Source: an uncultured virus (IMG/VR IMGVR_UViG_3300022836_000006) (lineage: Duplodnaviria > Heunggongvirae > Uroviricota > Caudoviricetes). From it: 64,000 bases of DNA. Numbering within the stretch: position 1 is the stretch's first letter; every line of letters begins with the position of its first letter. A program made the translations under genes and the position numbers. Location of the stretch: the IMG/VR virus record IMGVR_UViG_3300022836_000006; one strand, written 5' to 3'. The notes under the pieces are model-generated. The model was not told the DNA's origin, did no database searches, and saw only the letters and a list, made by a program, of their open reading frames with translations. This document shows, piece after piece, positions 19,989 to 29,558 of this stretch.

Positions 19989-20546
19989 ATGAAGCGAATC
20001 ACTTATCTTATCCTCATTGGGCTGGCGTTATCGCTTGTCCTCTCCGCTCAATCGCAATCGCGAATCGTCGAGCTCGGCAGTGATGCGCCGAGTCCATCTG
20101 CTAGGGTCACGTCTATCGATCCCGGCGCAGGGGTTATCTTCTTCGGTTGGGTTGGGGACGATGGTTTTGCCGTTGGCTCCGGCACCTATATTGCGCGATT
20201 TGCTCCGCTCACTGCCGATGCTGAGACCGGAGAATTTGCCGGTCTCACCGATGCCGAGATCGTAGCCGCCATCCTCGCCCCGGATCCTCCCGCAGCGGTG
20301 CCCGCCAGCGTGACGCCCTACCAACTTTGGCGAGCACTCAAGGCCGAGTTTGGTTTATCACGCACTGAAGTCCTGACCGCTGTAAACGCGATCACGAACG
20401 CGGACACCAAGGACGCCTACCTTACTGCCATCGAGACGCCCCAAACCTACGAACGGGCAGACCCGACGATCGTTGCACTTGGGTTGATGCTCTCTCTTTC
20501 CTCCGATGATCTCGACACGCTGTTCCGTGCGGCCGCGAGGCTCTAA
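19989..20546 (+). CDS. Fibre assembly chaperone-like protein
   Basis: C-terminal VTPYQLWRAL...YERADPTIVALG...DLDTLFRAAARL pattern common downstream of fibre genes. Confidence 0.6.
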   Translation: MKRITYLILIGLALSLVLSAQSQSRIVELGSDAPSPSARVTSIDPGAGVIFFGWVGDDGFAVGSGTYIARFAPLTADAETGEFAGLTDAEIVAAILAPDPPAAVPASVTPYQLWRALKAEFGLSRTEVLTAVNAITNADTKDAYLTAIETPQTYERADPTIVALGLMLSLSSDDLDTLFRAAARL

Positions 20547-20551
20547 CCTCC

Positions 20552-21079
20552 ATGCGTCTCTCGCAAACAGAACTTAGATCGATCCTACTCATGGGCGGAG
20601 TGCCGTGTGTGGCACCGGGGTGGACGTTTTTTGATGCTTACTACGAGACGGTGAGCGTTGCGACGGTGCGGAAGATTCAGACTGCTTGGATGGATACGCT
20701 ACCTGATGAATTGACGACCAATCGGCGAATTGGAGGGGGGAAGTCCGTTCGGGTTCCTGTGCACACGATGGCTGGTAAGACAAACCCGGCCGATGACGAA
20801 GCCGGTGATTGCGACGATCACGGCGTGGGGCTGATGAATCACGCCAGAACGGGAAACTGGTTGAAGTCAGTACGGCTTGGCATCCCCCTTGGTGGTCTCG
20901 CAATTGGCCCAACGATTTTCTATTCGCTCCCTTCCCGAGCTAACGGCATGCGGTCCGGCAAGCATCTTCTGAATTGGGCAATCAACGGGAGTCGGCGGCT
21001 TTACTTCTGGGAGCCGGGAGACTCTGACATTGCCATTTTAACGCCCACCGAAAGGGCAACCGCAACCTGGGGATGTTGA
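20552..21079 (+). CDS. Putative papain/transglutaminase-like cysteine hydrolase
   Basis: GDCDDH, KHLLN and FWEP motifs consistent with a Cys-His-acid triad. Confidence 0.5.
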   Translation: MRLSQTELRSILLMGGVPCVAPGWTFFDAYYETVSVATVRKIQTAWMDTLPDELTTNRRIGGGKSVRVPVHTMAGKTNPADDEAGDCDDHGVGLMNHARTGNWLKSVRLGIPLGGLAIGPTIFYSLPSRANGMRSGKHLLNWAINGSRRLYFWEPGDSDIAILTPTERATATWGC

Positions 21080-21207
21080 GCGATGATAAAGCGCCTTATC
21101 TTCATTTTTCTCACCCTCGCCTGCGCTGGATGTCAGACGGTCACTCCGGTGGAGCAGACCGATGAGCCCGACGTTTGGCGCAATCCTAACGCCCGATATA
21201 TTGAGCC

Positions 21208-21966
21208 ATGAATCCCGACGCACTCCCATCTACCTCTGAAGTCTTTTCCATCTCGTTTCTCTCCACGTGGGGCGGTATCTTGTTTTGGATTACGATGCTT
21301 GGTCGCGCATATAAATCGACGCGCAATGGTGGAGGGTTGCGTGGTCTTTACCGCGGTCTCATTTACGGCGAAAACGTGCCGACCTCGATTGCCAAAGACT
21401 ACGAGGTTGAGTTGGCTAGGGAGAATAAGCGAAAACCGAAGGGCCCCTTTCCGATCGCCCTACTTGCCTTGTGCATCGCTTTTTTTTCAGTGGGGCCGAT
21501 TGGTTGCGCCACAAACCCCGGCAATGAACCGACTACGACCGAGCAGCGTGTTCGGCAGGTTGAGCTTATTTCTGCTGCCGTATCCGGTATTGTGCAACTT
21601 GCCGTTGCTTCCGACATTGCCAAAAATCCCGACCATCGCGCCTACTATGCTGCGGCCTCTGATGCTATCCTGATCGCCGCCGACACGGGAGTGAGTGATC
21701 CGACCTCGATTGCCGCTCTGGTCAAACGCTACACCTCCGACAGCTACGACGCGATCGCGGAGGCTTCGCTTGCGGCCGGCATGGGGCTCTACCAGTCGTT
21801 TTATTCCATTAACGTATCTAGTGCCTTGGACACAAAACCCGCGTTTAAGGTGGCCCTTGTCGCCATCGCTCAAGCAATCAACCGGGCTTCTTCTCCCGTC
21901 GCCGCGACCGAGCGACTTGCTGAACCTCCTTTTCTTCGGATTCCCGATGATCTGATCCTGCGTTAA
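21208..21966 (+). CDS. Membrane protein, holin-like N-terminus plus internal lipobox-like segment
   Basis: Hydrophobic N-terminal helix; second hydrophobic stretch ending IGC; at end of late operon. Confidence 0.45.
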   Translation: MNPDALPSTSEVFSISFLSTWGGILFWITMLGRAYKSTRNGGGLRGLYRGLIYGENVPTSIAKDYEVELARENKRKPKGPFPIALLALCIAFFSVGPIGCATNPGNEPTTTEQRVRQVELISAAVSGIVQLAVASDIAKNPDHRAYYAAASDAILIAADTGVSDPTSIAALVKRYTSDSYDAIAEASLAAGMGLYQSFYSINVSSALDTKPAFKVALVAIAQAINRASSPVAATERLAEPPFLRIPDDLILR

Positions 21967-21967
21967 A

Positions 21968-22162
21968 ATGGGCACGATCAAAGCAGTATTCTCTTTTCTT
22001 GCCGCCTTCCTGGGCGGACGAAACGCTGCGGCCAAACGTGCCAACACGCCAGAGATGAAGGCCAACGCTCAAGCCAAGCAGGACGCTGCGATTAAGGATG
22101 CAGTGCGGACCTCCGCAAAGAAGCGAAACCTCGAACAGATCAGAAAGGACTTGGCGGAATGA
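21968..22162 (+). CDS. Small membrane-anchored protein (i-spanin-like)
   Basis: N-terminal hydrophobic segment and helical tail; overlaps following lipoprotein gene. Confidence 0.45.
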   Translation: MGTIKAVFSFLAAFLGGRNAAAKRANTPEMKANAQAKQDAAIKDAVRTSAKKRNLEQIRKDLAE

Positions 22163-22512
22163 GAACGTTTTCAGCACTTCTTTTTGTCGTGGTCCTATCG
22201 GGCTGCGGGACTTCCCCGGTCATCCCTGATTTGGTGGCTCCTGCAGAGTTAGCCAGCTTTGATCCTGCCGATGGCGCCGAGCCTACCAGTGGCATCGTCT
22301 CCGTCGACGAGCAGGGGCTGACAATCACCACCAATGGTCGGGCACGCTACAACTCCTTGGTTGACGAATATGGGCACGAGTTTGTGCCTCGAATAAAAAA
22401 GGATTACGGCGTCTCGCCGTTGGAGGGGGGATTCTATTTTCTAAATAACGCCGGATTTGAAAAGTGGGGCATCATGGCCGAGTGGCGAAAAATGGGAAGG
22501 CAACCAAACTAA
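22159..22512 (+). CDS. Lipoprotein (o-spanin-like)
   Basis: MRTFSALLFVVVLSGC lipobox. Confidence 0.55.
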   Translation: MRTFSALLFVVVLSGCGTSPVIPDLVAPAELASFDPADGAEPTSGIVSVDEQGLTITTNGRARYNSLVDEYGHEFVPRIKKDYGVSPLEGGFYFLNNAGFEKWGIMAEWRKMGRQPN

Positions 22513-22877
22513 TGACTCAACAACGCAAAGAAGAGCTAAAACAAAAAACGGTCAATGTGGTCGATTTATTCACGCGTTCTGCAGCGGTGATTGCGATGAT
22601 GCTTTCGTCGTGGATGCTATTTACGGTTAACTCTAACGAGAACGATATCGTCAAAAGTCGAGGGGAGTATATTTCGTTGAGTGCCGATGTTTTAGTGCTT
22701 GGTAAGTCGCTCGATGAAGTCAGTCGTCTGTATTATCCTATCGATGCCGCAAACAAGCACGAGGCGTGGGCGTTGCGATTGGCGGCGGATAGTCGCGACG
22801 ATCGCAGGGAGATTAAACAGCGGATGGACACGATCATCGATTTGTTGATGAACGGTCGGCGGCAGGTCTTGCCATAG
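22512..22877 (+). CDS. Hypothetical membrane protein
   Basis: TAATG-coupled start (MTQQRK); one TM helix plus coiled coil. Confidence 0.5.
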   Translation: MTQQRKEELKQKTVNVVDLFTRSAAVIAMMLSSWMLFTVNSNENDIVKSRGEYISLSADVLVLGKSLDEVSRLYYPIDAANKHEAWALRLAADSRDDRREIKQRMDTIIDLLMNGRRQVLP

Positions 22878-22878
22878 G

Positions 22879-23143
22879 GGATTTGGAAACGGCTGGAGAC
22901 ACCTCACCCTGTCGGGGTGGGTGGCAGGAAACGCCCTGTGGGTTTGTGGTATCCGTGTGGGTTGCCAGCGATCGAAGTCGCGCCGTAGCAATGCCCCCGG
23001 CATACGTCCAGTTCAGGGTTTTGAGCGCTCAGTCGGAGGCACAGGATTTACGCCTGCCGTCTGAATCACTCCGGTCCAGTCCGCTACGGTTGCGAGCCGT
23101 TTGACAAATCCGCCTGATAGGGACCTCCGACTGAGTGCTCAAA
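22879..23143 (+). ncRNA. Candidate structured non-coding RNA or cis element
   Basis: Closing stem 22879-22894/23095-23111, several internal hairpins, and a 20-bp inverted repeat 23020-23039/23124-23143; no convincing ORF. Confidence 0.45.
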
Positions 23144-23427
23144 TGCTACGGTCCTCAGCTCTTGCGAGCACGTAGAATTAAGCCCGGATGGTATTAGTGT
23201 AATCAGTCCGGGCACCGTATTTACCTCAGTGGCTGTCGCTGCACGCTGCACAGGTTGCGGTTCTGGTTGTCCGCATAGTTGGCGGCATCGAGTAAAAACA
23301 GAAAACCCGAAGCGAAAACGGCGCCTCGGGCATCTGAATCTTAAGTCCACAAGAACTAAAAAAGTGTTAGCAGTCAGCACCGTTTTCGCTATGACAGCGC
23401 GATAGGAGCAGAAGAGTTGATCTAGAG

Positions 23428-23883
23428 TCAACGTTTTTTTTGGAGGAACGAGTCAACTCCCAGTAGCCACGCCTTGATTGCGTCGGGATTTGCGAGGGCT
23501 TGGGAGAGGATCTGGGCTTGTTTGGATGTGAGTCCTTTGGAGAGGGCTTCGAGGTCGGCATGAAGCTTTGCGCGTGCCTTGTCTGCGGTCGATCGAGCAG
23601 CGCTGAACCGCCGCCCCATGTCTTTGCGCGATCGACTGTCCTCCACTCGGTCCGATGCGTGTTCGGCGCTCCATATGGCGATCCCGTCGAGGTAGCGGCG
23701 GTCTCCCTCTGCAATGCCCATCCCTTTGGTTAGGATCTTGGCTACCATCTTGAGGCTTGGCGTAATAAGCCCCTTTTGCATTTTCGAGAGGGTGGACTTG
23801 CTGATCTCGGCTCGTCGGGCGATCTCGGCTGGTCGTAGGTCCACCTCGAGGCGGAGTTTGTCGAAGTATTGCGGAAATGTCAT
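23428..23883 (-). CDS. XRE-family HTH regulator
   Basis: AEIARRAEISKSTLSKMQKGLITPS. Confidence 0.85.
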   Translation of the reverse strand: MTFPQYFDKLRLEVDLRPAEIARRAEISKSTLSKMQKGLITPSLKMVAKILTKGMGIAEGDRRYLDGIAIWSAEHASDRVEDSRSRKDMGRRFSAARSTADKARAKLHADLEALSKGLTSKQAQILSQALANPDAIKAWLLGVDSFLQKKR

Positions 23884-25076
23884 GGCGTTGGTGGGGTAAT
23901 CTTTAGGAATTGTTGAGCTACAGTCGTCGGGACTAAAGCGGAGAGATATGAATTGTAGAGCCGGGTGGGGCTCTGGTGGCGCATTAGGGCTGCGACACGA
24001 TTGGCATTGCCGTCTATCGACATGAGGTAAGTGCAGAATGCTCTCCGGAAGCCGTTAAACGGCCATAGCGGGAGGTGCAGATCGCCCTCAAGCGAGGACG
24101 TGTGTTTAATGATGCGCCGCCAGTATCGTTTGCTGGGGGCGACGAATGGGCCGGTCTGCTCGGTCGTGAGATCCAGCCACCCCCATAAATTGGGGGGCAG
24201 GCCCATATCGGTGCTTAGGATCCAGTCGTCGTCGGTTTTACAGATTTCGGCCGGTATTCGGATCTGCTTTTCGTTGGTCTTGATCATGTCCCAGGTCATG
24301 CGGTCAGCTTCTGCTGTGCGGATGCCGGCGAAGGCTCGGACTGCGATGTTTGGGATGCATTGCGGCCGGTCGCTCATCACGAAGCGCAGGATTTCAGCGA
24401 TCTGGGTCGGCGTCGGTATTTGCTTCGGCTTGCGCTGGGGTTTGGGCAGATCGTCTTTTCGCAGATCAGCAATGGGGTTTTTACCGATCCAGCCGACCCG
24501 CTTGGCGTATCTGAAGAAGTTCCCCAGTGTCGTGCATCGGTTGTGCGCGGTTCTTGCTGCTTTCGGGGATAGAATGAATTTGAGCACTTCGGCGCGAAGG
24601 ATGGATGACATCATCCGGGATGGGCCGATGTTGCGTGCGAGTAGTCCGATCACGGAGTTGAGAGAGTCTACCGTGCGCCATTCTCGGTTGAGGCTACGCT
24701 TGATGCCGATGAAAAGTTGCCGAGCGTCATCGATGGTCACCTTGGAGTTGGAGTAATTGTCGAGGTAGTAGGTTGCGGCATCTGTGAGGGTTGCTCCGGT
24801 CGGCTGCAGGAGTCGGCGTGCTTGATCGAGGTCAGCGAGCACGTCTGGTTGCATGAGTGACTCGGCAGCGCCAGATCCGTAAGCGTTTAGGACTCGGCAG
24901 TGATTGCGCCATGCGGTGAGGGCTTTTTTCTCCGTCTCGAATCCTGGACGCTGGCGACGGCCGTTGATTGTGAGGGTGAGTTGCCACGGCTTTTTTCGTC
25001 CCTCGATGTGGGCGATGGGGATCGTTCCGCTTCGGGATGTCGGTGTCCGTTTTGTGGCAGTTTTGTGGGTGTTCAC
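23880..25076 (-). CDS. int: Tyrosine recombinase/integrase
   Basis: AFAGIRTAEA (R), ICKT (K), NGFRR, MRH, terminal Y; SAM-like middle domain. Confidence 0.85.
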   Translation of the reverse strand: MNTHKTATKRTPTSRSGTIPIAHIEGRKKPWQLTLTINGRRQRPGFETEKKALTAWRNHCRVLNAYGSGAAESLMQPDVLADLDQARRLLQPTGATLTDAATYYLDNYSNSKVTIDDARQLFIGIKRSLNREWRTVDSLNSVIGLLARNIGPSRMMSSILRAEVLKFILSPKAARTAHNRCTTLGNFFRYAKRVGWIGKNPIADLRKDDLPKPQRKPKQIPTPTQIAEILRFVMSDRPQCIPNIAVRAFAGIRTAEADRMTWDMIKTNEKQIRIPAEICKTDDDWILSTDMGLPPNLWGWLDLTTEQTGPFVAPSKRYWRRIIKHTSSLEGDLHLPLWPFNGFRRAFCTYLMSIDGNANRVAALMRHQSPTRLYNSYLSALVPTTVAQQFLKITPPTP

Positions 25077-25156
25077 GACGGTTTAAATGGGTAAATATGG
25101 GGTATTCGGAAGATATACGAATCGCAACTAAAATGATTATTTTAGAATACACGGGC

Positions 25157-25190
25157 TTGACTTGTGTAAGTATTTCCACAATTCTTCGGC
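25157..25190 (+). promoter_or_regulatory. Putative early promoter with overlapping palindrome
   Basis: TTGACT -35-like box in the AT-rich divergent gap; TTGTG-N10-CACAA at 25162-25181. Confidence 0.4.
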
Positions 25191-25439
25191 GTGCCTAAAA
25201 ATTCGAGTCCGATGATTGCGGTTCCGATAAGGTTTCCGGTCGATTTAAAAAAAGAATTGGAGGCGGCGGCGTCCAAGTTTGGGCTCAGTTTTTCCGACAT
25301 CTCCCGTTTATCGATGGAGCGTGGGGTAAAGACCCTAGTTGCTCAGCTAGGAGCACAAGTGGCCACTAGGGGTATCCCCCTACCTGAACGCGTAATTGAA
25401 GACATCAAATTGCGTAAAATATTGGAAAAGAAGGGCTAA
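25191..25439 (+). CDS. Ribbon-helix-helix (CopG/Arc-like) regulator
   Basis: VPIRFPVDLKKELEAAASKFGLSFSDISR. Confidence 0.65.
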   Translation: MPKNSSPMIAVPIRFPVDLKKELEAAASKFGLSFSDISRLSMERGVKTLVAQLGAQVATRGIPLPERVIEDIKLRKILEKKG

Positions 25440-25441
25440 TA

Positions 25442-25714
25442 ATGGGTTCATCCACTGAAGTCCTATCTTCGCTTCCACGGGTTCTCAAGATCGGGTTTGT
25501 GGGGCGGGTTATCCGATCGGATGCGCAGGCTGCGACCTACTGCGGTATGGGGCGCGAAAACTTCCGAAGCTGGGCATTGCGGAATAAATTGCGGCCTGAA
25601 ATCAAGGCGCAGGAACGTGCACAAAACATCTACAGCGTCGAGGAATTAGACCTCATCATGGACCAGGAAGTGGCCGATTGTAAGGCCGGCAAGCTGCGCC
25701 TCAGACAGCGTTGA
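25442..25714 (+). CDS. Excisionase-like HTH protein
   Basis: AQAATYCGMGRENFRSW...YSVEELD; divergent from integrase. Confidence 0.55.
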   Translation: MGSSTEVLSSLPRVLKIGFVGRVIRSDAQAATYCGMGRENFRSWALRNKLRPEIKAQERAQNIYSVEELDLIMDQEVADCKAGKLRLRQR

Positions 25715-25722
25715 TTTTCATC

Positions 25723-26805
25723 ATGACCAAAACAAACGATAAAACGGACGGCTCTGCCGCCATCACTAACGCAAAGAAATCCGCCCCACCGACTTTGAGG
25801 CAAATGCTGGAGGGACCGCAGTTTGCCGAGCAGGTGGCTAATGCGCTGCCAAAGCATCTCTCTCAAGAGCGATTCATTCGCGTCGCCATTACCGCGATGA
25901 CCAAGACGCCAAAGCTGGCGCTGTGTCACCAGAAGTCGTTTTTCATGGCTCTGCTCCAGCTTTCGGCTCTTGGCCTTGAGCCAGACGGCCGTCAGGCGCA
26001 TCTGATCCCGTTCAAAAACTCGAAGATGTCGTTGGCTGCGGGCCGCGAGGTTTGCGATTGCCAGCTCATCATCGACTGGAAGGGGTTAGCGGAGCTGGCC
26101 ATGCGCTCCGGGATGGTGAGCAATCTGCATGCTGACGTCATCTATGCGGGTGATTTGTTTGTCTACAGTTCGGGTGAGGTCACTAATCATTTGCCGCATT
26201 GGTTGCGCACCGACGCAGCCAAGCCCGGAAAGCAAGGGGCGCGGTTGGGCTTTTATGCTCAGGCCCGCTTTAAGGATGGGAGCCAGAAGGCCGAGGTCAT
26301 GTCCTTTGATCAGGTGCAGGCTATCCGCGCGCGGTCGGCTTCGGGCCAATCTGGGCCTTGGGTGACTGATTCAGACGAGATGGGGAAGAAGACCGCATTT
26401 CGGCGCCTATCGAAGTGGCTACCGCTTTCGCCTGAGTTTCGGGATGCGATCGCGCTGGACGACGAAAGTAACGGCATGGTCAATGTGACACCTGAGCGCA
26501 TGATGCTGGATCCGGCAGCTGGTCTTGGGGCTGCTCTGGCGCCATATTACGGCGAGGAGGAGGAATCTGGCCCAGAGCCAGAGAAACAGGCTGTGGCGGT
26601 GACGGAGGTGCAGAAGAAGGAGGCGCAGGACGCGTTGGAGGGTGCTATCCTCGATGATGTGACCACCGAGGCGCAGCTCTACGCATTGGCGCAGCGCTCG
26701 CATCTGGTTCCCGACGGGAGTTCGGATCTGTTCTGGGATCTGCCGGCTTCGGCGTTGGTCAAATTGGCCGCGATGATTCCTAGCTTGAAGAAGGAGGGTA
26801 AATAA
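25723..26805 (+). CDS. recT: RecT-family single-strand annealing protein
   Basis: ALPKHLSQERFIRVA, LGLEPD, AHLIPF, QLIIDWKGLAELAMRSG, PWVTDSDEMGKKTAFRRLSKWLPLSPE. Confidence 0.95.
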   Translation: MTKTNDKTDGSAAITNAKKSAPPTLRQMLEGPQFAEQVANALPKHLSQERFIRVAITAMTKTPKLALCHQKSFFMALLQLSALGLEPDGRQAHLIPFKNSKMSLAAGREVCDCQLIIDWKGLAELAMRSGMVSNLHADVIYAGDLFVYSSGEVTNHLPHWLRTDAAKPGKQGARLGFYAQARFKDGSQKAEVMSFDQVQAIRARSASGQSGPWVTDSDEMGKKTAFRRLSKWLPLSPEFRDAIALDDESNGMVNVTPERMMLDPAAGLGAALAPYYGEEEESGPEPEKQAVAVTEVQKKEAQDALEGAILDDVTTEAQLYALAQRSHLVPDGSSDLFWDLPASALVKLAAMIPSLKKEGK

Positions 26806-26806
26806 G

Positions 26807-28093
26807 ATGACTAACGATACTTCTATTCAAGCTATCGATATCGATGTCGAGGTGGTTGATGCTCCGATCGAGCTGGCTCTTGTGGTGAAGAACGAGGGAG
26901 TGGCTGGAGGTTCGGCAACGGAGATCCTGTCCGCGTTTAGTCCGCACTACCTGTTGGCGTCGGATTTGGTCAAAAAAGCCGAAGCGTTAATTGAAAGCGC
27001 CGGTGATGTGCCGGACGGCACTAATGCTAAGATGGCGCGGTTATTGCGGCTGGAGCTGCGGACTGCTCGGGGTCTCGCCGGAAAGAAGCTTAAGAGTCTC
27101 AAGACTGACGCTTTGCGGTTCAGCCGAGCGGTTGATGGGGTCAATAATCTGTTCCTCCTCATGGTTAAGCCGGTGGAGGAAAGGCTGGCCGAGATTGAGA
27201 ACGCTCGAGAGGTTGCCGCGGAAAAGGCCAAGGTTGAGCTGCGTCTGCAGCGTGACGCTCTGGTGGCTCCCTATGATGTAAATACCCGTTTTATAGTGCT
27301 GGAGGAAATGACCGCCGAGGTGTTTCAGGAATATCTTGACGGCCTCGAGGCGCATAAGGTCGCGAAAATTGCCGCAGTGAAGAAGTTCCAGGACGACCTC
27401 ACTGCTGCCTCGAAGAAAGCCGAGGACGATCGTTTCGCTGCCGAAAAAAAGGCCAAGGAGGACGAGGCTGCGCGGGTGGCGAAAGATGCAGCGGAAAAAG
27501 CCGAACGAGACGCCGAGAACGAACGGCTCCGTAAGGAGAAGGCGGCGGCAGAATCGGAGGCTGTTCGGGTTGCCAAGGAAGCCAAGGAGGAGGCCGATCG
27601 TCTCGCTGCTAAACAGGCGGAGAAGGATGCCGCAGCGAAAAAAGAGCAGGATCGCAAAGATGCCGCAGCCAAGGCCGAGCAGGATCGAAAGGACGCAGAG
27701 GCGAAAGCCGAACAGGAAAAGCGGGACGCTGCAGCCAAGGTGGAGCGCGATCGTATCGAAAAAGAGAAAGCGGAGGCTTTGGCTGCAGCTGAAGTCGAAC
27801 GCAAAAAGCGCGAAGAGTTGGAGGCGAAAGCCAAGGCCGACAAGGATGCGGTGGACGCCGAGGCTGCTCGTGTCGCCAAGGAAAAAGCCGACAAGGATGC
27901 GGCTGTGGCTGCGGCTGCTCATGCGGCTGCGATGGCTCCCGACAAGAAGAAGCTTGAAGCCTACGCCGATGCTCTGCGCCTCGTCCCTATCCCCGAATTG
28001 AAGGACTCAGCGGCCATAGAAGTGCGCGATAGTTCCGTGCGTCGGCTACAGCTGCTGATTTTGCGCATTCTGAGCAGCGCCAGCGAACTTTAA
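26807..28093 (+). CDS. Coiled-coil Ala/Lys/Glu-rich phage protein
   Basis: Low-complexity helical repeats (KDAAAKAEQDR); C-terminal APDKKKL. Confidence 0.75.
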   Translation: MTNDTSIQAIDIDVEVVDAPIELALVVKNEGVAGGSATEILSAFSPHYLLASDLVKKAEALIESAGDVPDGTNAKMARLLRLELRTARGLAGKKLKSLKTDALRFSRAVDGVNNLFLLMVKPVEERLAEIENAREVAAEKAKVELRLQRDALVAPYDVNTRFIVLEEMTAEVFQEYLDGLEAHKVAKIAAVKKFQDDLTAASKKAEDDRFAAEKKAKEDEAARVAKDAAEKAERDAENERLRKEKAAAESEAVRVAKEAKEEADRLAAKQAEKDAAAKKEQDRKDAAAKAEQDRKDAEAKAEQEKRDAAAKVERDRIEKEKAEALAAAEVERKKREELEAKAKADKDAVDAEAARVAKEKADKDAAVAAAAHAAAMAPDKKKLEAYADALRLVPIPELKDSAAIEVRDSSVRRLQLLILRILSSASEL

Positions 28094-28115
28094 CCTTTAA
28101 TCACCCCCAAATATT

Positions 28116-28586
28116 ATGCCCAAAATTGACATCAATCAAGTCGCTGAAATCATCAAGCGTAACGAAGTCGCCCCCGAGGTTCTTCGCCAAATCATCGAAG
28201 AAATGCAGGCTGTTATCCAGCCCGAGTCTGATGAGGAGAAGCCACCGCCCATCAAAAAACAGTGGTGCTGTCTCGTCTCGGATCCCGATAATCGTCTTCC
28301 CGCCGATGCTGAGTTCGTCGCGTGGGTTGCGCAGATTCCCGAGAGCGAAAGTCCAGTCACTACGGTTGAGCGGATTCACCGTGCCGCCTACGATTATAAC
28401 GCCAGCAAGCGTGGCCGTTTGCACCCTGCCCTCACGATCGGTGAGGCAATGGAGAACGTCGCAGCAAAGCACTTTAAGGATGCCGAGTGCTGGGTGAAAA
28501 CCAAGACGCCGGTCCTGATGCTTCGCACCGATAATCAAATCCCTACGACTGACTCGGAGAAGGATGCACGTTGGGGGCGCGTTTAA
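28116..28586 (+). CDS. Hypothetical protein
   Basis: 156-aa ORF in early operon. Confidence 0.65.
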   Translation: MPKIDINQVAEIIKRNEVAPEVLRQIIEEMQAVIQPESDEEKPPPIKKQWCCLVSDPDNRLPADAEFVAWVAQIPESESPVTTVERIHRAAYDYNASKRGRLHPALTIGEAMENVAAKHFKDAECWVKTKTPVLMLRTDNQIPTTDSEKDARWGRV

Positions 28587-28589
28587 GCC

Positions 28590-29558
28590 ATGAGTGACAT
28601 TACTCCATACGTCGAAGGTCCGATGCAGTTCGGAAAGATCAAGGACGAGCCTGCCGACGTCTACCACGCAGCTGATGCTCTCAGTAATTCCAAGCTGAAG
28701 AATTTCAGCGAGCGACCGCTCTACTTCTGGCGTAAGCATGTAGCAAAGCTCATCAAGCAGGAGGAGACTCGTCCTTTACGCGTCGGGCGTGCGGTTGACG
28801 CGTGGATTTTAGAGGGTCCGGCTGTTTTCCATCGTGAATTCATCGTGGTCCCGGTGAACGCCCCAAAGGTGCCGACGTCAGTTCAGCGTGCCGCGGCGAA
28901 GCCAGCCCAGAAATCGATTGACGCGATGTTATGGTGGGACGATTTCGCCGCGATCGCGCAGGACCGTTGTATCCTCTCCCAAGTCGAGTGGGCGGAGATC
29001 GCTCGTTTGGAGGAGACTTTGCGGTCGAGTCCCGAAGTCTGGGCAGCGCTTAACGCCGGCGAATCCCAGATCACTTGGCGCAAGGATTACGGCAATGGTA
29101 TTGTGGTGCAGGTGCGCACCGATGTTTGGTGCCCTAACGGGATTTCCGGCATTTGTGATACTGCGTGCATCGTGGATCTGAAGTCCTGCGTTAGTCTCTC
29201 GGATTCGTCGTTTTCGTCGTTCAATTCTCAGTTTTCTAAGCTCGGTTATTATCGGCAGGCTGGCCTCTATACCGCGGTGATCAGTGAGATCCTCCCAGCC
29301 GAGGAGCGTCCAGTCGATGGGCTGCGGTTTTTCTTTGCGGCCGCAGAAAAAGGGGAGCCATTTGCCGCTCAACTTTATGAGGCTTCTCAGGAAGATATCA
29401 CGCTTGGTTTCCGGGAGTCGGTTGATGCGATCGAGCAGGTGACCAAGTGCTACCAGACAGGTGTTTGGCCTGGCTCGCTTGGCGGCGTGCAGATGCTACA
29501 TATTCCGGCGTGGCATCGTCGCAAGGTCGAGGAGCGGCTTGATGGAGAACAGTCCTAA
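28590..29558 (+). CDS. RecE/exonuclease VIII-like PD-(D/E)XK nuclease (DUF3799-like)
   Basis: YHAADALSNSKLK, VRTD, IVDLKS, YYRQAGLY, WPG; near recT. Confidence 0.85.
   Translation: MSDITPYVEGPMQFGKIKDEPADVYHAADALSNSKLKNFSERPLYFWRKHVAKLIKQEETRPLRVGRAVDAWILEGPAVFHREFIVVPVNAPKVPTSVQRAAAKPAQKSIDAMLWWDDFAAIAQDRCILSQVEWAEIARLEETLRSSPEVWAALNAGESQITWRKDYGNGIVVQVRTDVWCPNGISGICDTACIVDLKSCVSLSDSSFSSFNSQFSKLGYYRQAGLYTAVISEILPAEERPVDGLRFFFAAAEKGEPFAAQLYEASQEDITLGFRESVDAIEQVTKCYQTGVWPGSLGGVQMLHIPAWHRRKVEERLDGEQS

Noticed and set aside
23084..23431. Minus-strand 115-aa ORF
   Set aside because: Weak start, no motifs, overlaps the structured intergenic element.
26947..28001. Long antisense and alternate-frame ORFs over the coiled-coil gene, and similar shadows elsewhere
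   Set aside because: Expected shadows of GC-rich, low-complexity coding sequence; no motifs.
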